From contig CAVQKE010000005.1 of the NCBI GenBank assembly GCA_963713045.1, forward strand, positions 96,001-160,000: a stretch of DNA of 64,000 bases. Reading direction: 5' to 3'. Both the position numbers and the translations under genes were made by a program. This stretch comes from an uncultured delta proteobacterium. GTDB lineage: Bacteria; Myxococcota; Myxococcia; Myxococcales; Myxococcaceae. The first letter of the stretch is position 1, and every line of letters starts with the position of its first letter. Below, piece by piece: positions 8,548 through 18,537 of the stretch. The notes under the pieces were generated by a model, which made no database searches, was not told the origin of the DNA, and was given only the letters and a program-made list of their open reading frames with translations.

Positions 8548-10305
8548 TCAAAGATCCAGAGTGACATCCACGTTTGGCTGGGAACAGCATACGAGCGCGC
8601 TCCCCGACGCGGGCCTCTCCAGCGGCTCAGGGTTGTAAATAATGGACCCGGCAATGAGACCGGTCATGCAGGTATGACAGACTCCAGTCCGGCACGACCA
8701 CCTGACCGGAACGTCGCACGCTTCGGCAAGTTCGAGCAAGCTCGCGAATTTCGGGTCCCAAGCAGCGGTAATGCCGCTGCGCGCGAATGAGACCGGCGGG
8801 CCAGATCCGGGCGGCCCGAGGGGCGGATGAGGTGTGTGACGAACCTGCGCCATACCAGGGGTAATCGCCTCGAGAGAACCGAAGATTTCGGTGCGCACCT
8901 TCCCGGCGAGCGCGCCCCAGTTTCTCAGCCCATCGCGCATATTCTCCAAGAATGAAGAGGGGCCACATAGATAGAAGTCGCTGTCCTTTGATACGCCGAG
9001 TTTTTCTAGCAGAGGCGTGTCAATGTGCCCCGGAGCATCGAAGTCTGCCCCGACTTGGTCGATCGCAGCGGGCCTGCTGTACACGATGTACTCGCGTCCG
9101 TGCGAGAGCTGTTTCAGTAATGAACGCGATTCTTCTGCAAATGGATGCTCGACGCGATTGCGCGCTCCATAGATCCACCAGACCTCTCGTTGGGACCTCT
9201 CGGCAGCGAGTGCGTGCAGCATCGACATCAGGGGCGTTGCGCCTACTCCAGCGCTCAGCAAGACCACCGGACCTTGGCTGGGACGCAGCGTAAAGCTTCC
9301 GCGCGGCGCACTAACGTCCAAGACATCGCCCTCTCGCGTACGGCTACACAAAAATACGCTGCCGACCCCATTCAATTCGCGCTTGACGCTGATGCGTAGA
9401 TGATCAGATACGGGCAGATCCGACAACGAATAGCTGCGAAGAGCGGGCTGTTTGCCCGCGTCGAGGTGCAAACGCAAAACCACAAATTGACCCGCTTGGA
9501 AAAGAGGAAGAGGCTGCCCACCGACTGGCGAAAGAATGAAGGAAGTTACGCTTTCGCTTTCCTTTTTGATGTTCGCGACTCGCATCTGCCGAAAGCCGCC
9601 CCACGCTGGTGTTTGTGCCTCATCTGCTAGTCCCGGATTCCCCACCGTAGTTTTGGGGTGCCGGTCTTGTTGGAGCATTGCTTGAAACGAACTCTGCCAA
9701 CCCTTGCTAAGTGCAGGGATCCGCAACGCGCGTTGCAGCTCCTCGCTGGAATGCCCTGGCAGATACAGGAGAGCGTCAACCTCGGCAACGCTGGTTCGCT
9801 CTGGACCGTCAGAGAGTTTTGCAATGTCGTCGCCCGCACCTACTTCTCCCTCGTGCAACACGCGAAAGTAAAATCCTGGTCTTCGATGTTCTACGAGAAG
9901 CGCCGCCATATGCGGTTCATTCATGCGGATGCCGACGCGGTAGCACGTTACGCGCGGCTGTGACACTTCAAATATCGCTTCACCAATGCGGTATCGATCG
10001 CCGATGCAGACCTCGTTATCAGCAAGTCCATCAACAGTGAAGTTTTCTCCGAACTGGCCGAAGACAAAATCTAAACGTCCGAGCAATCGCTCCCAGTAGT
10101 GATACGAGTCCATCTGATAAACAAACACGGCGCGTTGCTCCCCCCCGTGACCGACGAGGTCGGCTTGCGCATCGCCATCGATATCGAGCTTGCGCACCAT
10201 ACGCCGTCCCGTCACCGGAGATTTCCAAATCGCGGTGCGGATATTTTTGCCGTTCCATGTCACGTCGCGCGGTAGACCGACATTCACTGAAAGCAATCGG
10301 GGCAT
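8548..10305 (-). CDS. MOSC + FAD/NAD-binding + 2Fe-2S oxidoreductase
   Basis: MOSC (HGGEQRAV, FGENFT, SQPRVTC), FNR-type RSYSLS / AGVGATP / YLCGP, C-terminal SCRTGVCHTC...CC ferredoxin. Confidence 0.93.
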   Translation of the reverse strand: MPRLLSVNVGLPRDVTWNGKNIRTAIWKSPVTGRRMVRKLDIDGDAQADLVGHGGEQRAVFVYQMDSYHYWERLLGRLDFVFGQFGENFTVDGLADNEVCIGDRYRIGEAIFEVSQPRVTCYRVGIRMNEPHMAALLVEHRRPGFYFRVLHEGEVGAGDDIAKLSDGPERTSVAEVDALLYLPGHSSEELQRALRIPALSKGWQSSFQAMLQQDRHPKTTVGNPGLADEAQTPAWGGFRQMRVANIKKESESVTSFILSPVGGQPLPLFQAGQFVVLRLHLDAGKQPALRSYSLSDLPVSDHLRISVKRELNGVGSVFLCSRTREGDVLDVSAPRGSFTLRPSQGPVVLLSAGVGATPLMSMLHALAAERSQREVWWIYGARNRVEHPFAEESRSLLKQLSHGREYIVYSRPAAIDQVGADFDAPGHIDTPLLEKLGVSKDSDFYLCGPSSFLENMRDGLRNWGALAGKVRTEIFGSLEAITPGMAQVRHTPHPPLGPPGSGPPVSFARSGITAAWDPKFASLLELAEACDVPVRWSCRTGVCHTCMTGLIAGSIIYNPEPLERPASGSALVCCSQPNVDVTLDL

Positions 10306-10359
10306 GCCTACCTCGTCTGAACCCAGTGGGCGGCTAGAAATACTTTAAGTTTCGTATCT

Positions 10360-10423
10360 TGGGCCAGCTTCTGCATAGCCCACGTCCACCAGTTCCTGCG
10401 TTGATTTGCTTCGGTGAGCCAAA
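10360..10423 (-). pseudogene. Short remnant of an alpha/beta hydrolase N-terminus
   Basis: FGSPKQINAG / LVDVGYAEAGP across a frameshift; the rest is absent. Confidence 0.45.
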
Positions 10424-10603
10424 TCATGTGTTCGTCGCGGTTGACGTCACGCCGAACTGTGGTTCGAGATAATTTCGGCCTACCAAATACGCCGCCTGCC
10501 AGCGGCCGCTGCCTGGACGCGCGGGATACCAGCGGACAAGAGGAACCTTGACTCCCTTCGCCGGCATGAGAGACACCGAGGACGAGCGCTAAGGCGAGTA
10601 AGT

Positions 10604-11092
10604 TCATGACATTTTGAGCTGCGTCAGTAGCTTGCCGGCAAGCCAGTAATCCACACTGAACTTTCCCGGACCAGAGCAAAGCAGCCAGAGGAAAAAGAGC
10701 ACGTACAGAACTTCCGGCAGGTAGAGAAAATCGTCGAGCCAGTTGAGGGGCGAGAGTCCCTTAGGTAGGGTGGAGACCGCTTCGGTTAAGGTCGCGACAA
10801 TCATATCGACCAGTAGAGCCACGCAGGCCAGGCTCGAAAGAAACCCAGCGGCCACCAAGGTTCCGCCAATGAATTCGACACCCGACACGAAATAAGCCAT
10901 CTGGTAGGGAAACGGGACTTTGGCCTTAACGAGCGTCTTGTAGACAGGTTTTGTTCCGCCGGGGGCAAACACTTTGTTTGCCCCCGAGATTGCGAAGAAC
11001 AGTCCTATCGAAACGCGTACCAGGAGGATGGCGTATTGTTCGAAGTCACTGCTACCCAGCAGCGCAAATTGGACCAGCAGTTTCCAATCCAC
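10604..11092 (-). CDS. DoxX family membrane protein
   Basis: LLVRVSIGLFFAISGANK...VEFIGG...GPGKFSVD. Confidence 0.9.
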   Translation of the reverse strand: MDWKLLVQFALLGSSDFEQYAILLVRVSIGLFFAISGANKVFAPGGTKPVYKTLVKAKVPFPYQMAYFVSGVEFIGGTLVAAGFLSSLACVALLVDMIVATLTEAVSTLPKGLSPLNWLDDFLYLPEVLYVLFFLWLLCSGPGKFSVDYWLAGKLLTQLKMS

Positions 11093-11236
11093 CTCTTGTC
11101 CCTCCCTCGGAGAAGGTGCTGTGACGAAAGCCCACGTCCTGAAGGGCGACTTCTTCGGTGACCGCGTCGATCAGGACTTGCTTGGTTTCTAGCGTCATCT
11201 CTGTTCTCGACGTCAGCTAATTCCGGCACCTCGGGA

Positions 11237-11656
11237 TTATGTGTCCATCCGTTCGACCCATTGAGCGCGCGATGCGGGAGCCACAAATGGATCCGCGAAG
11301 TACTGTGTTTCCCGCGCAACTTTGTCGCCCCTGAACTCCATGATGCTCACAGTGTAGGACGGCTTTCCGTCATATGTCAGGATGAATTCGGTGACCCAAA
11401 GATCACCGCCGCCAATGATTCGTCGGACAGCAAACCGCTTTTTACTCGGCTGACTAGCGCGTTGGTTCTGTATGTTGCGTCGACCGCGAGTTCGCTCCCC
11501 TGACTGCGGGTAATCCAGCACCGCGTCCTCGTGGTAGATACGGTGCTCCGTCTCAAAATCATTGGCATCGGACGCCGCCCAATGCTGGTCCAGTGCCGCA
11601 CGGATCTCTTGATCTCGGACTTCAGAAGCCTGATCCGACTGTGGTTGATCGTTCAT
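11237..11656 (-). CDS. NTF2/SnoaL-like protein
   Basis: YHEDAVLDYPQSGER.RGR...VSIMEFRGDKVARETQYFADPF. Confidence 0.9.
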   Translation of the reverse strand: MNDQPQSDQASEVRDQEIRAALDQHWAASDANDFETEHRIYHEDAVLDYPQSGERTRGRRNIQNQRASQPSKKRFAVRRIIGGGDLWVTEFILTYDGKPSYTVSIMEFRGDKVARETQYFADPFVAPASRAQWVERMDT

Positions 11657-11790
11657 CTTGAGCTCTCAATGTGACTAGAAGCTGTTCAGACTCCTCCTAC
11701 GAGTTGTGGTTTCGCCGATCGTCCTTCGCGGTTGGGGCTCATCGGCCCTCTCTCGAGCGCACAGGTCCCGCAGTGAATGCGCTGGAGCCA

Positions 11791-11967
11791 TCACGAGGAT
11801 GCCCGGCTAATGGGGTAGCCGGCCTGAGCCAACGCGCGCGTCATGTACTCAGCGTACCACTGCGGCCAGTCTGGGTCGGGCTTGCCCAGCTCCTTCTCGT
11901 GGATTCCGTGCGCTGCCGCTGCGTGTTTCAGAAGATCTAGCAGGATCTCGGTCGTGCTCAGTTCCAT
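11791..11967 (-). CDS. Small hypothetical protein (glyoxalase C-terminal-like, AAAAHG.HEKELG..DPDWPQWYAEYM)
   Basis: GGAGAG RBS upstream; recognisable conserved motif. Confidence 0.6.
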   Translation of the reverse strand: MELSTTEILLDLLKHAAAAHGIHEKELGKPDPDWPQWYAEYMTRALAQAGYPISRASS

Positions 11968-12151
11968 CGTTCTCTCCCTCCGGTCACGGCGCGGGCCGAG
12001 GTGAGCCACGTCCGGGAAGGCGCTGCCTGATCTCCTGCAGCAGCCACCCGTGCCGTCGGGGTCGGCGGGCGCCTCTCTGGGCCGGAGAGAGCTCTCGAGA
12101 GCGCCACGAGATGGTGCCTGCTCGGCCTCAGTGCAACGACTGGATGCCCAG

Positions 12152-12487
12152 TCAACCACGCCCACTCAGGCGCCAGCCGAGCATCAACAACCCAGTGGCA
12201 GCGATCCAGCTGCCGGCCACTCGGACGGCGATCCGCGTCCAGGGCTCGCGCAAGCAGACGACGAATGCCATCACCAGCGGGAAGGTAACGGGGAGCAGCC
12301 AAATCGCCGGCGGTCCGAGCTGCGCCCCCCACAGGCCGACGGATACCATTGCCAATACGTGGTCCAGGCCGGAGACCGGGTGCCTCAGTCCGGCAAGGAA
12401 GCCGGCCGCCTGCCCTTGCTGCTGGTGCGCCCAGGCCGGGACCGCGGCCAGCACCAGAAGAAGGATGAAACGTCGATTGGCCCTCAT
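12152..12487 (-). pseudogene. HupE/UreJ family protein, internally deleted
   Basis: AWAH...GFLAGLRHPVSGLDHVLAMVSVGLWGAQ joined directly to the C-terminal AVRVAGSWIAATG; only ~110 aa. Confidence 0.7.
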
Positions 12488-12657
12488 CCCCACCCCCCGA
12501 GAATCGCCAGCGTTCGCTGGAAGGTCCAGAAGGCGCCAAGCGCCCCAACCGTGTAGCCAGGCAGCACCCGGAGGAGGCGCGGCCATTGAATTTCCAGCAC
12601 GCGGAACGAGCGTTCGAGCCCGAGGATGAGAAAAACGAAGAACAGCTGGCCCATCTC
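12484..12657 (-). pseudogene. C-terminal remnant of a second HupE/UreJ-type membrane protein
   Basis: EMGQLFFVFLIL...PGYTVGALGAFWTFQR with no N-terminus. Confidence 0.55.
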
Positions 12658-13075
12658 GGGGCGCCGGCTGGCGGAGGCGCCGTGGTCTTGGGCTGGTCGC
12701 ACGCACCCAGAACACTGGCGCTGACGATGACTAGCCCCCAACGAAGTCGCTCGCCAACTCTCGTCGTCATGAATGCCCCCATCTCCGTGAATGGCACGAC
12801 CATGCCCGCGGCGACGCGGCCGCCTCTACCACCGTCGGTCAGGCGTGAAACGTATTGCGCACCCGAGGTGGCCCCGTTGGGAATCCAGCGCAACCTCTGC
12901 TCCGCTGCAACTGCTTCTGCACTCCCGGTGCGGGCTTCAGGAGCTGATGAAGAGGCTGACTTACTTGAGGACTGGTAGCGCAGACGGCGCACGGGGCAAC
13001 CCGCCGGCGGTCGCCCTTTCGAGGGGGTGGACGGACACGAGCGCGCGGAGTTTATGGCCGGTTTGACTCCACCAT

Positions 13076-13106
13076 GCGCAGGGGGCGGGAATCGAACCCG
13101 CGTCCG
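13076..13106 (-). other. tRNA/tmRNA 3'-end-like fragment (possible old att site)
   Basis: Reverse complement cggacgcgggttcgattcccgccccctgcgc contains a T-arm (gcggg-ttcgatt-cccgc); no 5' half. Confidence 0.4.
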
Positions 13107-13175
13107 GTAGTGCTCGACAGGAGCGCGTTTAACTAGTACGGCTCCTCACCGAATCGAGGTACCAGGCTCTGTCCC

Positions 13176-13634
13176 CTAGGCGCGACGGCACTGGCAACGG
13201 TGTAGCTCGAGCTCGCGGCGCTGCTCGCGGAGTGCGAGACCGCCGAAACACCCCACCAGGAGAGCGGCTAGAGCCGTTCCCAGGACGAGTCGCCACAGAG
13301 CGCGAGATTCGCGGGCCGTGACCGCTTTTCCGCTGGCGTCGAGGAGCTGTGGCTGAGCGGGAACGCGGACCAGAACCCGCACCGCACCAGGTTGCTCGGT
13401 TGAACTGCCAATCGCCTGCAAGGCACCGAGCAGGCACGGGCTTCCCACGTCGGCGCACTCGGGGCTATCGACACGGTCCGCGAGGGCGATGGCAGCGCTT
13501 CTCGCCACGGCGGTCTGCTGTGCAGCGAAATCCTCCAGCGCTGCACGCGCTTCCCGTCGCTCGTCCCAGACAGCGACGGCCAGGACGGCGGCCAGCGCGA
13601 GCACCATGGTCACCACCAATTGGGTGCGTTTCAT
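13176..13634 (-). pseudogene. Sensor histidine kinase N-terminal remnant
   Basis: TM-WDERRE..AALEDFA..Q...TM-ALREQRRELEL, then stop; no HisKA/HATPase domain. Confidence 0.55.
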
Positions 13635-13893
13635 CCCAGGCTGCACTCCGGACGCCAGCGAAGGGGGCGGCGACCTGGTCGCGACTTCAGAAACGCGGAA
13701 CGACGGGTTGGCCAGCATTCCAGCACAGGGCCGAGCAAGGGAGATGCCATGGAGGTGAGCGCGCGCAGGGGCGCCAGTCGGAGGCTGTCGTTAACCCAAC
13801 CCCGGGGGAAAGCTTCCTCTTCCGTAGGGAAAATCTCCCCTTTTCGCTTCCAATCCACACTATGCCTCGGCCAAGGCCCGGGTAATGTCCAGG

Positions 13894-13908
13894 TGGCCCA
13901 ACCTTTGC
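13894..13908 (+). promoter_or_regulatory. Sigma54 (-24/-12) promoter
   Basis: tggccc-aacct-ttgc matches TGGCAC-N5-TTGC; imperfect inverted repeat ggggaaag...aatctcccc upstream (13804-13840). Confidence 0.55.
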
Positions 13909-13926
13909 TCACGGGGAGTGCTGACG

Positions 13927-14526
13927 ATGCCAAGCGTGTACCTTGCCAGGGCTCGCTCCGAGGTGGTGTCAATGGTCGACTGCTCCGTGGTCCGAGTCAC
14001 AGCTGACGCGCCGGAAGTGGATTTGGCCGTGGTCGCCCCCGGCGCGAAGGTCACGATGCGACTCTTGGCAACCGGGCGGGACGTCGTGGGCCAAATTGTG
14101 CGGCGTTCGCCAGCGGCGGATGGCGGGACCCGTACCGTAAATCTTGAAATCGACGTTCCGGACGCCGCTCGAGTGTTGCCGGTCGGGACGACCGCCGAGT
14201 TGACCATCGAGGTCGGTCAGCCCCGCTCGGCTTCGGTTGTACCGCTGGCGGTAGCGGCGGTTCGCACCGGCAAGGCGCTGGTTTTCGTTGTCGAGGGGGA
14301 CACGGCCCACGCCCGCGCGGTGCCGCTCCTCGGCGAGCGTGAGGGCCTGCTCTATCTCGACCCCTCGCTCAAGCCGGGAACACCGGTGGTGCTGGAAGGG
14401 CGGGCACTGTTGCAGGATGGAGACAAAGTCCACGTTGGCGCGGAGCAGAACATGGCTCATCCGTCTTCCGCGGTCCCGCAACCACAACCGCCGAAGTCGG
14501 GCACCGACGTGGAGCTGACGCCGTGA
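13927..14526 (+). pseudogene. RND efflux periplasmic adaptor (MFP), N-terminally truncated
   Basis: Only the C-terminal beta-barrel/membrane-proximal part (RRSPAADGGTRTV, LPVGTTAEL, VVLEGRALLQDGDKV); no TM anchor or hairpin. Confidence 0.7.
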
Positions 14527-17500
14527 CGCGCCTCGCGTTGAGCAACCCCATCGCCATCCTGATGGTTTGTATTGCGGTGGTGGTTTTCGCACTCGTCACC
14601 ACGCCGCGCATGAGCATCGACACTTTCCCCGAATTGACCCCTCCCGTGTTGGTCGTGGGCACCCTGGCGCCGGGGCTCGGTCCAAAGGATGTGGAGAAGA
14701 CGCTCACCTGGCGCATCGAGAAGTACGTCAGCGCAACGCCGGGCGTGGACCACGTGGAGAGCATCTCGCGAAACAACCTGAGCATCGTCTTCGTCTGGCT
14801 CAAGTGGGGCACGGACCTCAACGCTGCCCAGACCCTGGTCCAGCAGCAGACGGCCTTCGCCATGGCCGCGGTGCCCAAAAGCCTCGGAGTCCTTCCGCCC
14901 TTCGTCCTCCAGTACGACCCTTCCAACGCTCCGGTGGTCCAGGTCGCCGTCTCGGGTGGTGGGCTGAGCGGCCCGCAGCTCTACGACTACTCGCTCAACA
15001 ACATCGAGCCCATCCTGGAGGGAATCCCCGGCGTCGCGAGTGCAGCCATCAACGGCGGCCGGCAACGGCAGATTAACATCATCGTCGACTGGGCGGCGGC
15101 GCAGGCCCGCGGCCTCACTTCCACCGACATTGCAGAGGCGGTGTCCCGGGCGAACGCGCTCCTGCCGTCGGGCGTTTTCATCTCGCCGCACTTCGAGTCG
15201 AACGTCTACACCAACGCTGTCCCCGCGCGAATCGAGACCATCGGCAACGCGATAGTGAAGGTGGTTGGCAACAAGCCGGTCTTCATCCGGGACGTGGCCA
15301 GGGTCGAGGATGGTGGAAGCCCGGAGACGCAAGCCGTGTCGGTCAACGGGCACAACGCCGTCTACCTCAATGTGCTCCGGATCCCCGGCGGAAACACACT
15401 GGAAATCGTCGACTCGGTCAAAAAGGCGGTCGCTGGGTTGCGCGACCTGCCGCCTGGCGTCGAGGTGAGGGCGGTCTTCGACCAGTCGACGTTCGTGCGG
15501 ACCAGCTACCACGGCCTGAAGCAGGAAGTGCTGCAGGCGTTGGTGCTCATCGCGCTGGTCATCCTGCTGTTTCTGCAAAGCGTTCGGGGCACGCTTATCG
15601 TTTCGGTGGCCATCCCGCTCTCCTTCGCCATCACCCTCATCGTGCTGTACGCGAATGGGCAGACGCTCAACGCCTTCACTCTGGGCGGGCTGACGCTGGC
15701 GATGGGCCGCTTGGTGGACGACGCGGTGGTGGTCCTCGAGTCCATTCACCGCCACCAGCGCATGGGAAAGAGCAACTACCGAGCGGCGCTCGAGGGAACC
15801 AACGCCGTCGCCCTGCCGGTCCTCGCCTCCACCCTGACCACGATGGCCGTCCTTTTGCCGGTGCTCTTGCTGGCCGGTCTGGCCCAGAGGCTGTTTGCGC
15901 CGTTGGCGTTGACGGTGGCGATGGCGATGACCGCGTCGTACTTCGTCAGTGTCTGTGTGACGCCCGTCGCCTGTCGGTATTTCCTTGGCCACGCTGAAGG
16001 GACCGCCCTTGCCCGTCGCGTGGCTGCGATGATTGACGGCGTGGCGGCCGGCTATTCACAGTTGCTCCGCCGTGTCCTTCCCTACCGGGCCACCGTTGTC
16101 GCCGGGTGTGCGGTCCTCACCGTGGGTGCTGGATGGGCCGCTGGCACGCTGCCCAGCACCTTCTTCCCCGACATCGACGAATCCATGGAACGCGTCTACG
16201 TGCGGGTCGCTCCGGGGACATCCCTGCAAGACTCATCTCGGCGAATTGCCGAGATGGGGAAAGTACTTGCGGAAGAGCTCCCGAAGGGGAACGTCGAGCT
16301 GGTCCTCACCAATGTGGGGTCGCCGAACAACGCCAGAAGCGCGATGACGAGTCCAAACAACGGGCCGCACATGGGGTTCATCCGCCTGGCGCTGGTGGAC
16401 CCGGAAAAACGGAAGCTTTCGCAGAGAGAGCTTTCTGACCGGATGCGCGAGATTCTGGTGAAGCACTTTCCGGGGGTCGAGTTTCTCCAGTGGCCCGGCG
16501 GCCTCGTGGCCTCGGTCTTCGCCAACGGCTACTTCGCGCCCCTGGTGGTGGAGGTCCGCGGCGAGAACCTGGCCCAGCTCGAAGCCGACGCGAAGGAAGT
16601 GGCCCGGGTGGCGCAAACCGTTGCCGGAATCCGTGACGTTCGAGTCACCTTGCAGAACGACTACCCAGAGGTCCGGGTCGACATTAAACGCGACGAGGCC
16701 GGAATGGTCGGGGTCAGCGCCCGTGCGGTGGCTCAGACAACCCTCGAGGCAACGCTCGGCAATCTGAACACCCCGAGCGTGTGGATCGATCCGAACAATG
16801 GTCAGTCCTATTACGTGGTTACGTACTACGCCGGCGCGGATGTCCCAGACCCAAACGCCCTCGCCGCCCTCCCGGTCCGAATCGACAAGCAAGGAAATCC
16901 GGTTGCACTCGGAACGTACAGTGTCATTCATCGGTCGGTCGGCCCGGTCGCCATTGAGCGCAATCATCTCGAGCGCGCCGTTCACGTGCTGATGCAGACC
17001 GAAGGACGCGACATCGGCACGGCCGCCGCGGAGCTGGAGCAAAAGCTGCACCGGGACTCGAGGACCCGGCATCTCTCCTTCGGCTTTGTGGGCCAGGTGC
17101 AGCTGATGCGAGAGACGTTCTCAGGCCTCGGTTTGGCCATTGGACTTGGCGTGATGGTGGTCTTCATGATTATGGCGGCCCAATTCAAATCCCTCCGGCT
17201 TCCCTTTGTGATGCTCTTCACCATCCCGGTGTCGTTGGCGGGAATCGTGATGGCCCTGCTCGCCTTCGGTCAGGGATTCTCAATTACCGCACTGATGGGA
17301 GTCCTGATGGTGGTGGGCATTGCCGTCTCCAATGGCATCCTTCTGGTCGACGACGCCAACCGTAGGTTTTCGCGAGAAGGCGCGGAGAAGCTCGAGGCCG
17401 TCGTTGCCGCGGCGAGGTCACGCTTCGTCCCAATCGCCATGACCAGTCTGGCTACGGTGATTGGACTGATCCCCACTGCACTCGCGCTGGAGAAGGGAAC

Positions 17501-17666
17501 CGCATCCAACCAGCCGCTCGCGCTGGCAGTCTGCGGGGGGCTGACGTCCTCCACCATCCTGTCGCTGTTTTTGGTTCCGGTGATGTTCATGTTGCTCGCA
17601 CGCAAGGAGGTTCCGGCCGAAGAGGACGTTGCCGCTCCCGGGGCGGCGGCGCCGCAACACGCCTGA
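14523..17666 (+). CDS. RND efflux permease (AcrB/AcrD/AcrF family)
   Basis: 1047 aa; GRLVDDAVVVLESI, GIAVSNGILLVD, SRFVPIAMTSLAT. Confidence 0.95.
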   Translation: MTRLALSNPIAILMVCIAVVVFALVTTPRMSIDTFPELTPPVLVVGTLAPGLGPKDVEKTLTWRIEKYVSATPGVDHVESISRNNLSIVFVWLKWGTDLNAAQTLVQQQTAFAMAAVPKSLGVLPPFVLQYDPSNAPVVQVAVSGGGLSGPQLYDYSLNNIEPILEGIPGVASAAINGGRQRQINIIVDWAAAQARGLTSTDIAEAVSRANALLPSGVFISPHFESNVYTNAVPARIETIGNAIVKVVGNKPVFIRDVARVEDGGSPETQAVSVNGHNAVYLNVLRIPGGNTLEIVDSVKKAVAGLRDLPPGVEVRAVFDQSTFVRTSYHGLKQEVLQALVLIALVILLFLQSVRGTLIVSVAIPLSFAITLIVLYANGQTLNAFTLGGLTLAMGRLVDDAVVVLESIHRHQRMGKSNYRAALEGTNAVALPVLASTLTTMAVLLPVLLLAGLAQRLFAPLALTVAMAMTASYFVSVCVTPVACRYFLGHAEGTALARRVAAMIDGVAAGYSQLLRRVLPYRATVVAGCAVLTVGAGWAAGTLPSTFFPDIDESMERVYVRVAPGTSLQDSSRRIAEMGKVLAEELPKGNVELVLTNVGSPNNARSAMTSPNNGPHMGFIRLALVDPEKRKLSQRELSDRMREILVKHFPGVEFLQWPGGLVASVFANGYFAPLVVEVRGENLAQLEADAKEVARVAQTVAGIRDVRVTLQNDYPEVRVDIKRDEAGMVGVSARAVAQTTLEATLGNLNTPSVWIDPNNGQSYYVVTYYAGADVPDPNALAALPVRIDKQGNPVALGTYSVIHRSVGPVAIERNHLERAVHVLMQTEGRDIGTAAAELEQKLHRDSRTRHLSFGFVGQVQLMRETFSGLGLAIGLGVMVVFMIMAAQFKSLRLPFVMLFTIPVSLAGIVMALLAFGQGFSITALMGVLMVVGIAVSNGILLVDDANRRFSREGAEKLEAVVAAARSRFVPIAMTSLATVIGLIPTALALEKGTASNQPLALAVCGGLTSSTILSLFLVPVMFMLLARKEVPAEEDVAAPGAAAPQHA

Positions 17667-18281
17667 AAGGTCAGGGAGAACCGTCAGTGTGCCTCTCAAC
17701 GTCGCGGCGCGGTCAATAACCGACCTCAGCCGCACGAGTGGCTACGTTTGCTCGAGAGCTCGCGTCGGGAACGAGAACTGTCCGACCTCGTGGCGGTGCG
17801 CACATACTTACCCGAGTGCCGAAGGCGCGTTCTGCGTTCCGGCAAACGCTGCGCTGTAAAAGCCATGCTTTTGCCTCAAGCAGAGCGAACGTCCGCCAGG
17901 AGCCGTCGCCCGAGCGAATATTTGCGCGGAAGCATTTCGCGCTCGCTTTAGGTCTTCTCCTAGCTGCCTTGTCCGTCCGCGGGCTTCCAAGCTCGAAAGA
18001 CCCATGGAGGAAGCCGCGTTTCGTTGCCTTAGGGATGGCGAACGACAGGGCGAGCTGGGTCGCTCTCGAAGTGCACACGCATACCGTCGAACAGCTGAAC
18101 ATCCCTGAGGGTTTCAAATCCCGAAGGCGTTGCGATTGCGCCAGACGGTCGTTTTCTGGTCTTCACCGCATTCGACCAAACCCTAAACAACACGCTGCTC
18201 TTTCGTTTGGAGAGGAAACCAAACGCAGCGCCTGTGTCGATTGGGGACACGCACGGCTACCACTCGAACTATGGGCACCTA

Positions 18282-18308
18282 CGAAGAGCGGGAAAAGGGA
18301 TTTGAACC
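18282..18308 (-). repeat. att-like duplicate of the tRNA-Gly 3' end (27 bp)
   Basis: cgaagagcgggaaaagggatttgaacc identical to 56925-56951. Confidence 0.9.
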
Positions 18309-18537
18309 GTATCCATGGGCTCCAGATTTCGCGGAGTTTGAGGCTAAGTGCTCGAAACAACTACGGTACACTACCTTATTTTCCGGTCTGGTCCTGCCCA
18401 TTCCGACCCCGCTATGACCGCCTGGTGACCGCCGAAATTGCCCTCGCCGAACCCTTTTTGAACCCTTTTCCATCGTCCCCCGCGGTCATTACCTCGTCAA
18501 CGCCGCGCCTCATATCGGGGGGATTCGTGGCGGCCCC

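Noticed and set aside
14457..15992. 511-aa minus-strand ORF
   Set aside because: Antisense shadow of the RND permease, common in high-GC DNA
18282..18308. Additional tRNA genes at 18282 and 43291
   Set aside because: Only the 3' 22-27 nt are present; no D or anticodon arm
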